DNA of 64,000 nt from a virus (IMGVR_UViG_3300014205_000003:1-64000), one strand, 5' to 3'; shown: positions 1 to 8,967, counted from the stretch's first letter. Notes: generated by a model from the sequence alone, not told the origin. A program made the numbers and translations.

Positions 1-2
1 AT

Positions 3-737
3 GTGCAAACCCGCATCCTTTGTCCTCTCCATCGGACACAAAGCTCACTTCTCCACAAAACAGACTCCCACGAGGAAATTATCCAGGAGCACGGGCTCTG
101 CCCGGACGACGGAAGATTCTCCAAAATAGTTCGTGTAGAACTCTCCCCAACTGACGGAAATCTCAACTCCGATCCCTCCACTTGGATCTTTACAGCCGAC
201 CAAACCGAAGTTCCCAAGTGGTACTCCCCTGAAGAAGCTGAAGCTGCTGTTCGTCTCAAAATAGCTGAGTGGAAAGCTTGCAAAGTCTTCACCGAAGGTG
301 AACATACTTGCAAAGAAGGCACCTGCTACGCATATGGCAATGCTACTGTCTATGCCAACAACAATGCTACTGTCTATGCCAACAACAATGCTACTGTCTA
401 TGCCAACAACAATGCTACTGTCAATGCCTACAACAAAGCTACTGTCTATGCCTACGACAAAGCTACTGTCAATGCCTACGACAATGCTACTGTCAATGCC
501 TACGACAATGCTACTGTCAGTGCCTACGACAAAGCTACTGTCAATGCCTACGACAATGCTACTGTCTATGCCTACGACAAAGCTACTGTCTATGCCAACA
601 ACAATGCTACTGTCAATGCCAACAACAATGCTACTGTCTTGACTTATTCCACGTATGTCGTTTGTATATTGTCGGGTTCTCTTGCTGTAGAAGTCAAGCG
701 TGTTTTAAGCAGTGCTCTGGTGACCATAGGCAAATAG
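3..737 (+). CDS. Repeat protein with about 13 octapeptide repeats (VxAY/NxNAT), beta-solenoid-like; 5' end may be truncated
   Basis: Translation shows tandem ATVYANNN/ATVNAYDN units after a globular N-terminal region. Confidence 0.75.
   Translation: MQTRILCPLHRTQSSLLHKTDSHEEIIQEHGLCPDDGRFSKIVRVELSPTDGNLNSDPSTWIFTADQTEVPKWYSPEEAEAAVRLKIAEWKACKVFTEGEHTCKEGTCYAYGNATVYANNNATVYANNNATVYANNNATVNAYNKATVYAYDKATVNAYDNATVNAYDNATVSAYDKATVNAYDNATVYAYDKATVYANNNATVNANNNATVLTYSTYVVCILSGSLAVEVKRVLSSALVTIGK
339..638 (+). repeat. 24-bp coding tandem repeat (AAWGCTACTGTCWRTGCCWACRAC)
   Basis: Directly visible, contiguous units without spacers. Confidence 0.9.
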
Positions 738-754
738 TATCGTTATGTACTTGA

Positions 755-796
755 GAAGCTTGCTGTGGCTCTTCGGAGCCCCTCAAGCTTTTCTTT
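755..796 (+). terminator. Rho-independent terminator with UUCG loop
   Basis: AAGCTTG..GGCTC-TTCG-GAGCC..CAAGCTT followed by TTCTTT, after the stop at 737. Confidence 0.7.
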
Positions 797-897
797 AGCT
801 ATCGGTGGATACTGGAAAATATTTATTGTATGTCTGTTTGACTTCTCAGATTCAGCTTCGAAATTATAGATATCTGCAACCCCTCAAGGAGACTCAT

Positions 898-1158
898 ATG
901 AAACGTATCCACTACTCCGAGTCCGATGAACTGCAAGTCGATACCTTCTGCGACGTCTGTAAGCAACCCTCCGATCGAGCAGTCTCCGCAACTTACGAGG
1001 GTCCGGTAACCATCACCAACGATAAAGGAGACTCTCGTACAGGTCTTGCAAGTACTGTTATTGATCTCTGCTCAATTTGCATGCACAACATCCTCACAGA
1101 AGCTTATAAGTTGAAACTCTTTGCAGTTCAAGACACTAAACTTCCTGATGAACTTTAA
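898..1158 (+). CDS. Small Zn-finger protein (CDVC...CSIC)
   Basis: AGGAG RBS before ATG 898; two CxxC pairs. Confidence 0.6.
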   Translation: MKRIHYSESDELQVDTFCDVCKQPSDRAVSATYEGPVTITNDKGDSRTGLASTVIDLCSICMHNILTEAYKLKLFAVQDTKLPDEL

Positions 1159-1194
1159 CTATACTTACGATATTTAGCAATAAGAGGGTTAGAT

Positions 1195-1404
1195 ATGACA
1201 ACTGAAGAGAAAGAACTCTGTAAACAACTTCCTGAGCATCTGGTGAAAGCTCTTAAACTGGCAGGAGTCCCTCTGCGACTCCTTCTCGACGAAATGAACG
1301 ATATCCAGAAATCAGCAGATGCTGCAGGGATCTCCTACGAAAAAGAAATAAAGAAACGTCTAGATCAATGTGACTCTACAGAAAAGGAAACAGCCCATGC
1401 CTAA
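1195..1404 (+). CDS. Hypothetical protein
   Basis: ORF track, RBS, overlap with next gene. Confidence 0.55.
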   Translation: MTTEEKELCKQLPEHLVKALKLAGVPLRLLLDEMNDIQKSADAAGISYEKEIKKRLDQCDSTEKETAHA

Positions 1405-1660
1405 ACTCACAGTCGATGCAGGTAACAAGAACACCCCAGATCTCCACAGCTGTACTCTCATGAGCGCTGTCCTGGAAGGCAAGACAGCTGAACCTAAGAT
1501 CCTCATCGTAAACGACACCTCTCAGATCTCCAAGATCGTCCCTCTTCCAGTCAATGCCTCAGAAGCCTTCTACATCGGCTTCAAGTCTGCATGCGACTGG
1601 CTTGCCTCTCAAGACCTCAAAGTACTAAGAAGTGTTTCAACAGACAGCAAGGAGAAGTAA
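1397..1660 (+). CDS. Hypothetical protein
   Basis: AAGGA RBS, ATG 1397. Confidence 0.55.
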   Translation: MPKLTVDAGNKNTPDLHSCTLMSAVLEGKTAEPKILIVNDTSQISKIVPLPVNASEAFYIGFKSACDWLASQDLKVLRSVSTDSKEK

Positions 1661-1664
1661 CTCT

Positions 1665-1967
1665 ATGGAAACTCCTAAACTCTTATCTGAAGATTCTGTT
1701 CCAGTCTTGTCTGTTGCAGAAGATCTTGGCTACACAGATCTCAAAGCTCACTTTGCGGAAGATACAACGCTCTCCTGCTTGCAACACCATGAATTCCATG
1801 CAACGATGCAACATGGTAAAGATCGCATCCTTACTTGCAGATATCGCAAGACCAATCCTACACTCAAAGATGCCTTCATGGTAGGACTTATGTGCGGACA
1901 AGACCTCTACGGAGAAATCCTTAGAAAGTTCATGTACGATCAATCTGTTAAGAACAAGGAGAAGTAA
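1665..1967 (+). CDS. Hypothetical protein
   Basis: AAGGAG RBS, ATG 1665. Confidence 0.55.
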   Translation: METPKLLSEDSVPVLSVAEDLGYTDLKAHFAEDTTLSCLQHHEFHATMQHGKDRILTCRYRKTNPTLKDAFMVGLMCGQDLYGEILRKFMYDQSVKNKEK

Positions 1968-1971
1968 CTCT

Positions 1972-2121
1972 ATGTCCAATAGTCTTGACATGAGTGGCTA
2001 TGATGTCCTTGGCTGGCTCGTAGTAACTATGATGATCCTCTGCCTAACCTTTGTTCCTCTTGGAATTTGGAAAGCTGTAGAACTTCTCATTGCAGTCTGT
2101 CAATATATCCATTGGAGCTGA
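1972..2121 (+). CDS. 49-aa membrane protein (not in ORF track)
   Basis: MSNSLDMSGYDVLGWLVVTMMILCLTFVPLGIWKAVELLIAVCQYIHWS; AAGGAG RBS; fills the gap exactly. Confidence 0.6.
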   Translation: MSNSLDMSGYDVLGWLVVTMMILCLTFVPLGIWKAVELLIAVCQYIHWS

Positions 2122-2123
2122 AT

Positions 2124-2477
2124 ATGAAAAAACGCCCTGACATCTTCGTAGAAGGAGACCTCCCAAAGTCTCCTACAAATGTTCAAGTTGAGTCTGCCCT
2201 TACATATCTGCGCAGTCTCCTCGCAGCAGACCCTGAAGCAATCGAAGAACTCTTCTCTATAACAATTCCTGCAAACAAGAACCTCGTCAATCACCCTCTC
2301 ATCCCTATCCATCGTACCGCAGATGACGTAGACATTATTCGTGTAGGTGGACTCCTTACTGGCCTCTGCCTCTCTATGGGACTTCCTCGCATAGGTTCTG
2401 TTTGGAGTACTCCAACTGCAACCTCTCCTGAATCTGAACAACACCTGACAGACTTCGCTATCTATCCAGAACGCTGA
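2124..2477 (+). CDS. Hypothetical protein
   Basis: GGAG RBS, ATG 2124. Confidence 0.55.
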   Translation: MKKRPDIFVEGDLPKSPTNVQVESALTYLRSLLAADPEAIEELFSITIPANKNLVNHPLIPIHRTADDVDIIRVGGLLTGLCLSMGLPRIGSVWSTPTATSPESEQHLTDFAIYPER

Positions 2478-2489
2478 GGAGTCTCCAGA

Positions 2490-2837
2490 ATGCCCAAGAG
2501 CACATCTAAGTTGACCAAGAAGACCCCTAAGACACGTAAGCAGTCTCCCAGTATCCCCCAGTACCCTAAGGGCCTCCAAGAGGCTTTCTTGCAAGGGCTG
2601 ATGCAGAGTGTACTCGACGGAACCTTCCAACTCACAACCCTTCTGCCAGACGCAAAGCTCAATCTGCGATGCTCTGGCAGAGACCAGGAAGGCTGCAAAG
2701 GGGATTGTCCACACAGAATCAAACACTCAGAAGTTGTAGCAGTTGTCGGTACTGTAGATAAACCTGAAGTCCTTTCCTTCTGTGGTAAATGCTTCTGCTA
2801 TCAAGTAGACAAAGAAGTAACCTGTACAAACAAGTAG
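2490..2837 (+). CDS. Cys-rich hypothetical protein
   Basis: GAGGAG RBS; C-x-x-x-C-P-H and CGKC motifs. Confidence 0.55.
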   Translation: MPKSTSKLTKKTPKTRKQSPSIPQYPKGLQEAFLQGLMQSVLDGTFQLTTLLPDAKLNLRCSGRDQEGCKGDCPHRIKHSEVVAVVGTVDKPEVLSFCGKCFCYQVDKEVTCTNK

Positions 2838-2850
2838 GAGACTTCCCCCA

Positions 2851-3336
2851 GTGCTTACAGACTTCATCCTCATCCCATTTGACATGACCGTCAAATACAT
2901 CCCTCCGAAACCTATCCCTAAGATTCTCCTCGTTGCTGCTCCTCCTGAACTCCCTAGGAATGGCTCAGGTATCTGTCCCATCTGCTTCAAAGACTGTACA
3001 GGTGATAATCGCTTTACCTTCCGAGTACCTGAAGGATCACGCTTTGAAGACCCTGTAGAGTACTGCGGACGTGTCTCCTGCTGGAAAGAACTCTATCACT
3101 CAGGTCTCTATATCTGCACAGGTAAAGGCATACATGAAGGTTGCAAAGACTGCTCTCATGCAGTTCCTCACTACCTCGACAAGAAAGCCTGTAACCCTGT
3201 TCAGTGTGTACGAGGAGAAACTAAGATGTGGGTCAAATGTGTAATGATGAATCAAGGCATCCCCGCAGATCCTGATACTCAGAACAGGCTGAAAACATTT
3301 ATTGAGCGCTTCAGCAAACTCTCAAAGGAGAAGTAA
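2851..3336 (+). CDS. Cys-rich (Zn-binding) hypothetical protein
   Basis: CPIC and CKDCSH motifs; AGGAG RBS. Confidence 0.55.
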   Translation: MLTDFILIPFDMTVKYIPPKPIPKILLVAAPPELPRNGSGICPICFKDCTGDNRFTFRVPEGSRFEDPVEYCGRVSCWKELYHSGLYICTGKGIHEGCKDCSHAVPHYLDKKACNPVQCVRGETKMWVKCVMMNQGIPADPDTQNRLKTFIERFSKLSKEK

Positions 3337-3338
3337 AC

Positions 3339-3578
3339 ATGCTAGATCAGTCTCCTCAGCAGTTCGTAGTAGTCTGGCCGAATCCTCCTATGGAGAAAGG
3401 CCTAGATGAATACTTGACTGTTACCTTCAAAACAGATTCTCGAGTAGCTAAAGCTCGTCTCTTCTCAACTCTCGAAGACGCTATGTCTACAATGAAGCAA
3501 GCCGAAGAAGTCGTCTACTACCCTAATCGTACTCCTTACGTTCAAAAGGTTGAACTCGCTTGGAGGGTTGTACAGTGA
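3339..3578 (+). CDS. Hypothetical protein
   Basis: AAGGAG RBS. Confidence 0.55.
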   Translation: MLDQSPQQFVVVWPNPPMEKGLDEYLTVTFKTDSRVAKARLFSTLEDAMSTMKQAEEVVYYPNRTPYVQKVELAWRVVQ

Positions 3579-3919
3579 GAATCGTCAAGAGGAAAGAATT
3601 CTTAGCTCTCCCCGCAGGTGCAGTCTTCGCTAAAGGATACCTCCTCAACTTCTCCTCCTGGCAAATCAAAGGAGATACCTGCTACTCTGATGACTTCTAT
3701 GCTATGCAGACAGACTACTCAGCTACTGACAATAACGACTCTGGAGAACTCCTCGACCAGTACATCAGCATGATTGATCACCAGAAAGAAGTTCCCCTCT
3801 GCATCAACTCCGAATGCCGCGATGGAGTGTTCGCAGATAAAGATCTCTTCCTCATACTCGATAACAAAGACATTCAACACTTGATCACAACCCTCCAAGC
3901 ATGTATCACAAAAGGATAA
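3575..3919 (+). CDS. Hypothetical phage protein
   Basis: GGAGG RBS; GTGA overlap with upstream stop. Confidence 0.6.
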   Translation: MRIVKRKEFLALPAGAVFAKGYLLNFSSWQIKGDTCYSDDFYAMQTDYSATDNNDSGELLDQYISMIDHQKEVPLCINSECRDGVFADKDLFLILDNKDIQHLITTLQACITKG

Positions 3920-3924
3920 GTACT

Positions 3925-4686
3925 ATGTCTAAACAACCCCGCAAACCCAATGGACAGTTCTGCAAGACAACTCTCAAAGTCTCTCGTAGTATGGGTAAAA
4001 CCTTCCCCATGTGTACAACCCCTAAAGAACTTCCTTGCACAGATACTCAGCAAGACGCCCTACGGGCAGAACGACTGAAAGACCTGCAAGAGAAACTCAA
4101 GACCTTTAATGACGTACTTCTTACTGGCAATGGTAAGTCAGCTCCTTCTACGGGATCATGGCTAGAACGCCTTAATGAAGACGTTGTAAAAGAAATCTAC
4201 GCAGAAGAAGACGCTAAGTTCCTGAAGACTTTGGATGACATGATCTATGTCTGTAGTAACTCCGAAGTTACTAGCAAGTCATCTGAAAGTAACCAACCTA
4301 TATCTAGCGAAGCTAGGTATCAGTCGAAAAAGTGTATCGATACAAGTTGCCCCAAACAAGACCTTCCAATCGACCTTGGACATCCTGGAAAGTCAGCTGA
4401 AAGTACAAAGGAAACGAAAGAATCCTTGACTAATCTTACTTCAGATCAGAAGATTGTCCATCTCGCCAATGCTCTGTATACAACTCTTGGTATCCTTGAA
4501 TCTGTTGATAAGACTACTTCAAAGGACATTGAGGACTTGGTTAAGTCGATGAAGGACTTCGCTGATAAGACTGCAGATTGTATCGAAGCTCTGCTGAATG
4601 TTCATGACGTTGAAGTGAAAGCTTTGAATGAGAGGATTGAGAAGCTTGAAGCAGTTATCAATGAATGTCGCGGAATGCAAGCTTAA
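3925..4686 (+). CDS. Coiled-coil protein with N-terminal RKPNGQFCK motif
   Basis: ORF; heptad-rich C-terminus. Confidence 0.6.
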   Translation: MSKQPRKPNGQFCKTTLKVSRSMGKTFPMCTTPKELPCTDTQQDALRAERLKDLQEKLKTFNDVLLTGNGKSAPSTGSWLERLNEDVVKEIYAEEDAKFLKTLDDMIYVCSNSEVTSKSSESNQPISSEARYQSKKCIDTSCPKQDLPIDLGHPGKSAESTKETKESLTNLTSDQKIVHLANALYTTLGILESVDKTTSKDIEDLVKSMKDFADKTADCIEALLNVHDVEVKALNERIEKLEAVINECRGMQA

Positions 4687-4696
4687 CTAAGGAGAA

Positions 4697-5128
4697 GTGT
4701 ATATGATGCGAAACTCTAAAGGTCAGTTCTGTAAAGAGTGTAAATCTGAATTAGTGTTTACAAACTCTCCAATGGGTCATGAGCAGTTTGCCCGTGAGAT
4801 CTGGAATGAACTTGTAGGTCTTAGAGAAGATGACAAGGAGATAGCTAAGAGCTTGGTGATCTTACGTAAAGATGCTGAGCTGATTAGTGAGACTGTAGCG
4901 ATTACTACAGAGACTCTTGTCAAAGCTGTTGTGAAGCTGCAGAAAGAATTAGCTGCTGTCAAGGAAGAGAATCTGTTTACCTTGAAGCTGCTGAACATGG
5001 CTCTGGAGAAGGTTTGTCTGAGGAACAAGGAGACAAAAGATGATCTCGCTACAGTGCGATCAGTGCTTAAAGAACATACGAGTTGCAGCGACACTTACAC
5101 TTCCAGCTCCAAAGGAAATCAAGGATAA
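4697..5128 (+). CDS. Coiled-coil protein with N-terminal RNSKGQFCK motif
   Basis: ORF, AAGGAG RBS. Confidence 0.55.
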   Translation: MYMMRNSKGQFCKECKSELVFTNSPMGHEQFAREIWNELVGLREDDKEIAKSLVILRKDAELISETVAITTETLVKAVVKLQKELAAVKEENLFTLKLLNMALEKVCLRNKETKDDLATVRSVLKEHTSCSDTYTSSSKGNQG

Positions 5129-5264
5129 AGTTGCCTTCGGATTTGCAAGTCTACCTAAAGGGTGTACTTTACATTTCTGCTCAGATGTCTGCTTGTCTGA
5201 GTACTTCAACGACAGCATCGAAGCAGATCAATATGCAAACGAAGGTAAGGGGAAGAAGACATGA
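5040..5264 (+). CDS. Small TRASH/FCS-like Zn-binding protein
   Basis: CDQC...HFCSDVC. Confidence 0.5.
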   Translation: MISLQCDQCLKNIRVAATLTLPAPKEIKDKVAFGFASLPKGCTLHFCSDVCLSEYFNDSIEADQYANEGKGKKT

Positions 5265-5779
5265 ACTGCCCACAATGCTCTGTTGAGATCGACGAAGACA
5301 TTACGATGGCTAACGCAGACCGCTGCGTAATGTGTCAGGGTACTCTTGATGCAGAGAAGTTCCGTAAGCAGCTTGACATGCCTGCAATCACCTATCTGCG
5401 TACAGTATGTAGCGACCTGAACTATCCCGCATATCCTCTCTACTTGGATGTGACTTCGTTCTTCTTAGTGAATGAGCGTCACATTCGTCCAGAGTACAGC
5501 TTCAGTGTTGAGAGGTGGCAAGGAGCTTTGACTCAGTTCCCTTACTTGCCTTCACATCTGTGTACAAGGGACATCCACATCAGCGAAGGCTTCTTTAGTG
5601 CTTGGAGGAAGGCTAAGGACTTGGATGAAGTGTCTGTAAAGGTTCAAGAACGACTCAAGGACTCGTATATGTCTCAAGGTACACGGATGAAGACTGTAGA
5701 GGGTTTGTTTGGTCTTCCTATGCGTATGTATATGTACAGGGAAGACTTCTGGTGTGTCATGAGTGCCCCACAACTGTAA
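5261..5779 (+). CDS. Hypothetical protein with N-terminal Zn ribbon
   Basis: CPQC...CVMC; ATGA overlap. Confidence 0.55.
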   Translation: MNCPQCSVEIDEDITMANADRCVMCQGTLDAEKFRKQLDMPAITYLRTVCSDLNYPAYPLYLDVTSFFLVNERHIRPEYSFSVERWQGALTQFPYLPSHLCTRDIHISEGFFSAWRKAKDLDEVSVKVQERLKDSYMSQGTRMKTVEGLFGLPMRMYMYREDFWCVMSAPQL

Positions 5780-5792
5780 GGGATTGATTTAT

Positions 5793-6863
5793 ATGCAAAA
5801 CATTGTAAACGCTGTTAAACTCTGTGTCAACAATCTCTCGATCAATCCAGAGCCTTGTCAGTTGGACGTAGCTGCTGTGGAACGTCTCAAGGACTACTCT
5901 TCTAAGCTCTGCAAGGCCTACGATGAGCTTTCTGACAAGTATTCCAGGCTTAGTCTGAACATGTCGATGATTCAGGAGGATGCTAGAAAGGCTCTCAGTG
6001 TTTCTCCTACACTTCCAGAGACTTCTGAAAAGTCCTTTCCCCCGAAGGGGGAAGGAAAAACGATATCCTACAAAGCATTGGACATGTTGTGGAATGCTTT
6101 TAAGGAGATCTACGGTGGTGTTGAAGGACGTCCTTACTCTGATCCTATTCCTTCTAAGGTTACGATTGACTGGGATGCTGAGCGTAAGAGAATTATCGAC
6201 GAGATGGAAGACGAAGCACTGATAGAAGTACAGAAGGCTACTGGTGCTGTTACACAGAGATGTAGTGAAGCGCTTAAGATTACTGATTGGAAAGTAGACA
6301 AAGCTATTCACTGGTTGAAGCTGTCTGATCTCAAGTATATGGGATACAAGAATGACTTCGACAACGAACAAGCTCTGATTGCCTGTAAGGACTCTGTAGG
6401 TGATGCAAGTTTCTATCTCTTCGTTCAAGCGCAGGGATGTAGGACTGCAGACAAGATTGAAGCATTGATGCAGTTGACTAAGTGTACTCAGGATACTGCA
6501 GATATTTGTCTACAGATGTACAGCGGTGATTGGTACAAAGCTTTGACTCACATTCGAGAGACTTGTGAAAAGTCCTTTCCCCCTAAAGGGGAAGGAAAAG
6601 AGGCTTCCAACTCTGCTGAGTCTATTCAAGACCCTGTGATCTACAACAGTGTTCAGAGTCAGAAGGCAGATACATACACAGAGCCTTTTGTCAATCCTCC
6701 AGACGAACACTCGTTGCTTACAGCAAAGCTTCACTTGGATACTAAGGCATCTCTTGAACTCTGCTACAATGCTCTTGAGCTCAACAAGTGGGATTACGAG
6801 AATGCTAAGAATGCGTTAGTCTGTTACAAGCAACTCTTTGATACTGTCAACAAGAAACGATAA
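5793..6863 (+). CDS. Protein with three UBA/EF-Ts N-terminal-like helical repeats
   Basis: LIEVQKATGAVTQRCSEALKITDWKVDKAIHWL resembles the EF-Ts N-domain; two further degenerate copies. Confidence 0.55.
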   Translation: MQNIVNAVKLCVNNLSINPEPCQLDVAAVERLKDYSSKLCKAYDELSDKYSRLSLNMSMIQEDARKALSVSPTLPETSEKSFPPKGEGKTISYKALDMLWNAFKEIYGGVEGRPYSDPIPSKVTIDWDAERKRIIDEMEDEALIEVQKATGAVTQRCSEALKITDWKVDKAIHWLKLSDLKYMGYKNDFDNEQALIACKDSVGDASFYLFVQAQGCRTADKIEALMQLTKCTQDTADICLQMYSGDWYKALTHIRETCEKSFPPKGEGKEASNSAESIQDPVIYNSVQSQKADTYTEPFVNPPDEHSLLTAKLHLDTKASLELCYNALELNKWDYENAKNALVCYKQLFDTVNKKR

Positions 6864-6882
6864 ACGCACAGATGTGCACTTT
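6862..6882. repeat. Dispersed palindrome, copy 1 (AAACGCACAGATGTGCACTTT)
   Basis: GCACA-NN-TGTGC core with A/T flanks. Confidence 0.85.
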
Positions 6883-7009
6883 CAGAGGACTAAAGATCGT
6901 CAAATGCAAACTATTTGAGAAGTTTGCAGTGTGCGAGAAAACCCAAGTAAACCTTCTCAAATTCAATTAAAGCACTGCAAAGAAGTTTGCAAGCCAGTTA
7001 GAGCTAAAG

Positions 7010-7030
7010 AAAACGCACAGATGTGCACTT
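7010..7030. repeat. Dispersed palindrome, copy 2
   Basis: AAAACGCACAGATGTGCACTT. Confidence 0.85.
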
Positions 7031-7046
7031 GAAGGAGAAAGAAAGT

Positions 7047-7229
7047 ATGTCGGATTCTGTTGAACTAGCTGTACAGAGTGCTCGAGAGGACATGAAGGAC
7101 TGCATCTACCGAGAACTCTTTGAGAAGATCTTCGGATACGCCGCAGGACATGGGATGAATACTGAGACTGTTATGCAGTGGGTACATGACTGGGTAAGCA
7201 ATAGAGTAACTGAGGAGACATGGAAATGA
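7047..7229 (+). CDS. Hypothetical protein
   Basis: AAGGAG upstream of ATG 7047. Confidence 0.5.
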   Translation: MSDSVELAVQSAREDMKDCIYRELFEKIFGYAAGHGMNTETVMQWVHDWVSNRVTEETWK

Positions 7230-7597
7230 AAAGTTCCTTCACCGATGGAAGTCTGTTAGGCAACAAGCAAGAACGAGGACACATGTGTATAAAGCAGGAC
7301 TATGTAAACAAAACGACAACGCGCTGGACTATTCCTCCTAATCGTGAATGCTTGAAGGTTGCTTCTGCAAAGTCACTGAAAGCTTCTGATGCACTTACCC
7401 ATTGGGTCATTGTCCTTTCACCAGAGAATCAGTGCACTGCATGCATCGGTTTTACGTCGCAACAGGAAGCTACAGGTTTTGCAACAGATATGAATGAGAA
7501 GCAGAGCAGTCTTCACGCTATGGTCTGTACGAAGTTCAAAGCTGTGACAGACATTGTAGATCTTTGCTGGAGAAAGGAGACTACTAACAATGCTTAA
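7220..7597 (+). CDS. Hypothetical protein
   Basis: ORF track, GAGGAG RBS. Confidence 0.5.
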   Translation: MEMKSSFTDGSLLGNKQERGHMCIKQDYVNKTTTRWTIPPNRECLKVASAKSLKASDALTHWVIVLSPENQCTACIGFTSQQEATGFATDMNEKQSSLHAMVCTKFKAVTDIVDLCWRKETTNNA

Positions 7598-7823
7598 AAC
7601 AAAACAAATCTACCTGAAAGGTAGTTCTGAACTTCCTTGGTGGCTCATCATCGTTCGTACAGACACTGATACGGTTGTCCTGACTACTTGTTGGAAGACA
7701 CGTAAAGAAGCTCGAGCTGGCCAAAAGTGGTATACCGAGTCACCAGAACTCATACGAAGTGTTCCAGTACGTGCGATAATCTGTAAAGACTTCGAGTGTC
7801 AAGCAAACAAGGAGATTAAGTAA
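7590..7823 (+). CDS. Hypothetical protein
   Basis: ORF track, AAGGAG RBS. Confidence 0.5.
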   Translation: MLKTKQIYLKGSSELPWWLIIVRTDTDTVVLTTCWKTRKEARAGQKWYTESPELIRSVPVRAIICKDFECQANKEIK

Positions 7824-7824
7824 T

Positions 7825-8739
7825 ATGAAATGTTTCTACCATGCTGATAATGATGGCAAGGCTTCTGCGTTCTGTGTATATGCTTGGGTAGGGATAAAGA
7901 ATGAAGAAGCTCCTAGTTCTTTTATTCCTATGGTGTATTCCACTCCTTTTCCAATGAGTGAAATTGTGAAAGACGAGCAAGTCTGGATTGTTGATTTCTC
8001 TATTTCTCCAGATGAAATGACACAGCTTTTGCAGATTACTAAGGATGTGACGTGGATAGATCATCATAAGACAGCAATTGAGAAGTTCAAGAACTTTCCT
8101 ACACATATCAAAGGTATTCGAAAAGATGGGGAAGCTGGTTGTGTCCTAACTTGGAAGTATGTACATTGGTATTCTGGTAGAGGGTCTGACACGGAAAACT
8201 TTGAGGACTCAGAGAATGCAAAGATCTACCCTGTGCCTAGATACATCGATTTGATTGGGGATAGAGATATTTGGGCGTTTAAGTACGGGGATGAGAGTAG
8301 GAAGTTCTTTGCGGCGTCTGTTTTATATGATCTCGATCCATCTTCAGATTTCTGGTGGAAGTGTGAGAACAAGCTAAATACAGATTTCTGGCACATTCTT
8401 TTGTTGCAAGGGAATACGCTACTTCAGGCGTCTAAGATGCAGGCTGTTGAGCGTGTTAAAGCTAACGCTTTTTTGACAACTTTGGATGGTTTTGAAATGT
8501 TAGCACTCAATCATTGGCCAACTTCTTCAGAAGCCTTCGGTGGAGATGAACTGTTTACGAAGCACACAATTCTTTGCTGTTTTTATTACACAGGAACAAA
8601 ATTCTCTGTCAGTCTATACAGTCAGTCCGTGGATGTAAGTACTATCTGTAAGGCGCACGGAGGTGGAGGACACAAAGGCGCTGCGGGTTTTATCTGTGAT
8701 ACTTTACCCTTTACGTCGGTAAACAAGGAGGTTAAGTGA
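7825..8739 (+). CDS. DHH/DHHA1-family phosphoesterase
   Basis: YHADNDG, IVDFS, WIDHHKT and GGGGHKGAAGF motifs. Confidence 0.9.
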   Translation: MKCFYHADNDGKASAFCVYAWVGIKNEEAPSSFIPMVYSTPFPMSEIVKDEQVWIVDFSISPDEMTQLLQITKDVTWIDHHKTAIEKFKNFPTHIKGIRKDGEAGCVLTWKYVHWYSGRGSDTENFEDSENAKIYPVPRYIDLIGDRDIWAFKYGDESRKFFAASVLYDLDPSSDFWWKCENKLNTDFWHILLLQGNTLLQASKMQAVERVKANAFLTTLDGFEMLALNHWPTSSEAFGGDELFTKHTILCCFYYTGTKFSVSLYSQSVDVSTICKAHGGGGHKGAAGFICDTLPFTSVNKEVK

Positions 8740-8740
8740 T

Positions 8741-8962
8741 ATGAAGTACATATTCAACGAAGGTTGCAAAGCCATTTGGATTCTGGTAGAAACTACACCT
8801 AATGGTGACCTTGTAGGCCTTCGAGCTCATCCTTCCAGGACCAACGCAAGAGCCTGTAAGAAAAAACTGGAAGAACACAACAAGCTCTACGCAGAAGCGA
8901 AGCGAAACTTCTATACAGTTGTTCACTGTTCAACACTCAGTTGCTATTCAGAAAGGGATTAA
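8741..8962 (+). CDS. Hypothetical protein
   Basis: AAGGAGG RBS. Confidence 0.5.
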   Translation: MKYIFNEGCKAIWILVETTPNGDLVGLRAHPSRTNARACKKKLEEHNKLYAEAKRNFYTVVHCSTLSCYSERD

Positions 8963-8967
8963 CTCAT

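Noticed and set aside
339-638. CRISPR array or DGR variable region
   Set aside because: Units are contiguous with no spacers, and there is no cas gene or reverse transcriptase in the window.
298-754. ORFs 298-642 and 308-754 (MPTTMLLS and CYC repeats)
   Set aside because: These are alternate-frame readings of the 24-bp repeat.
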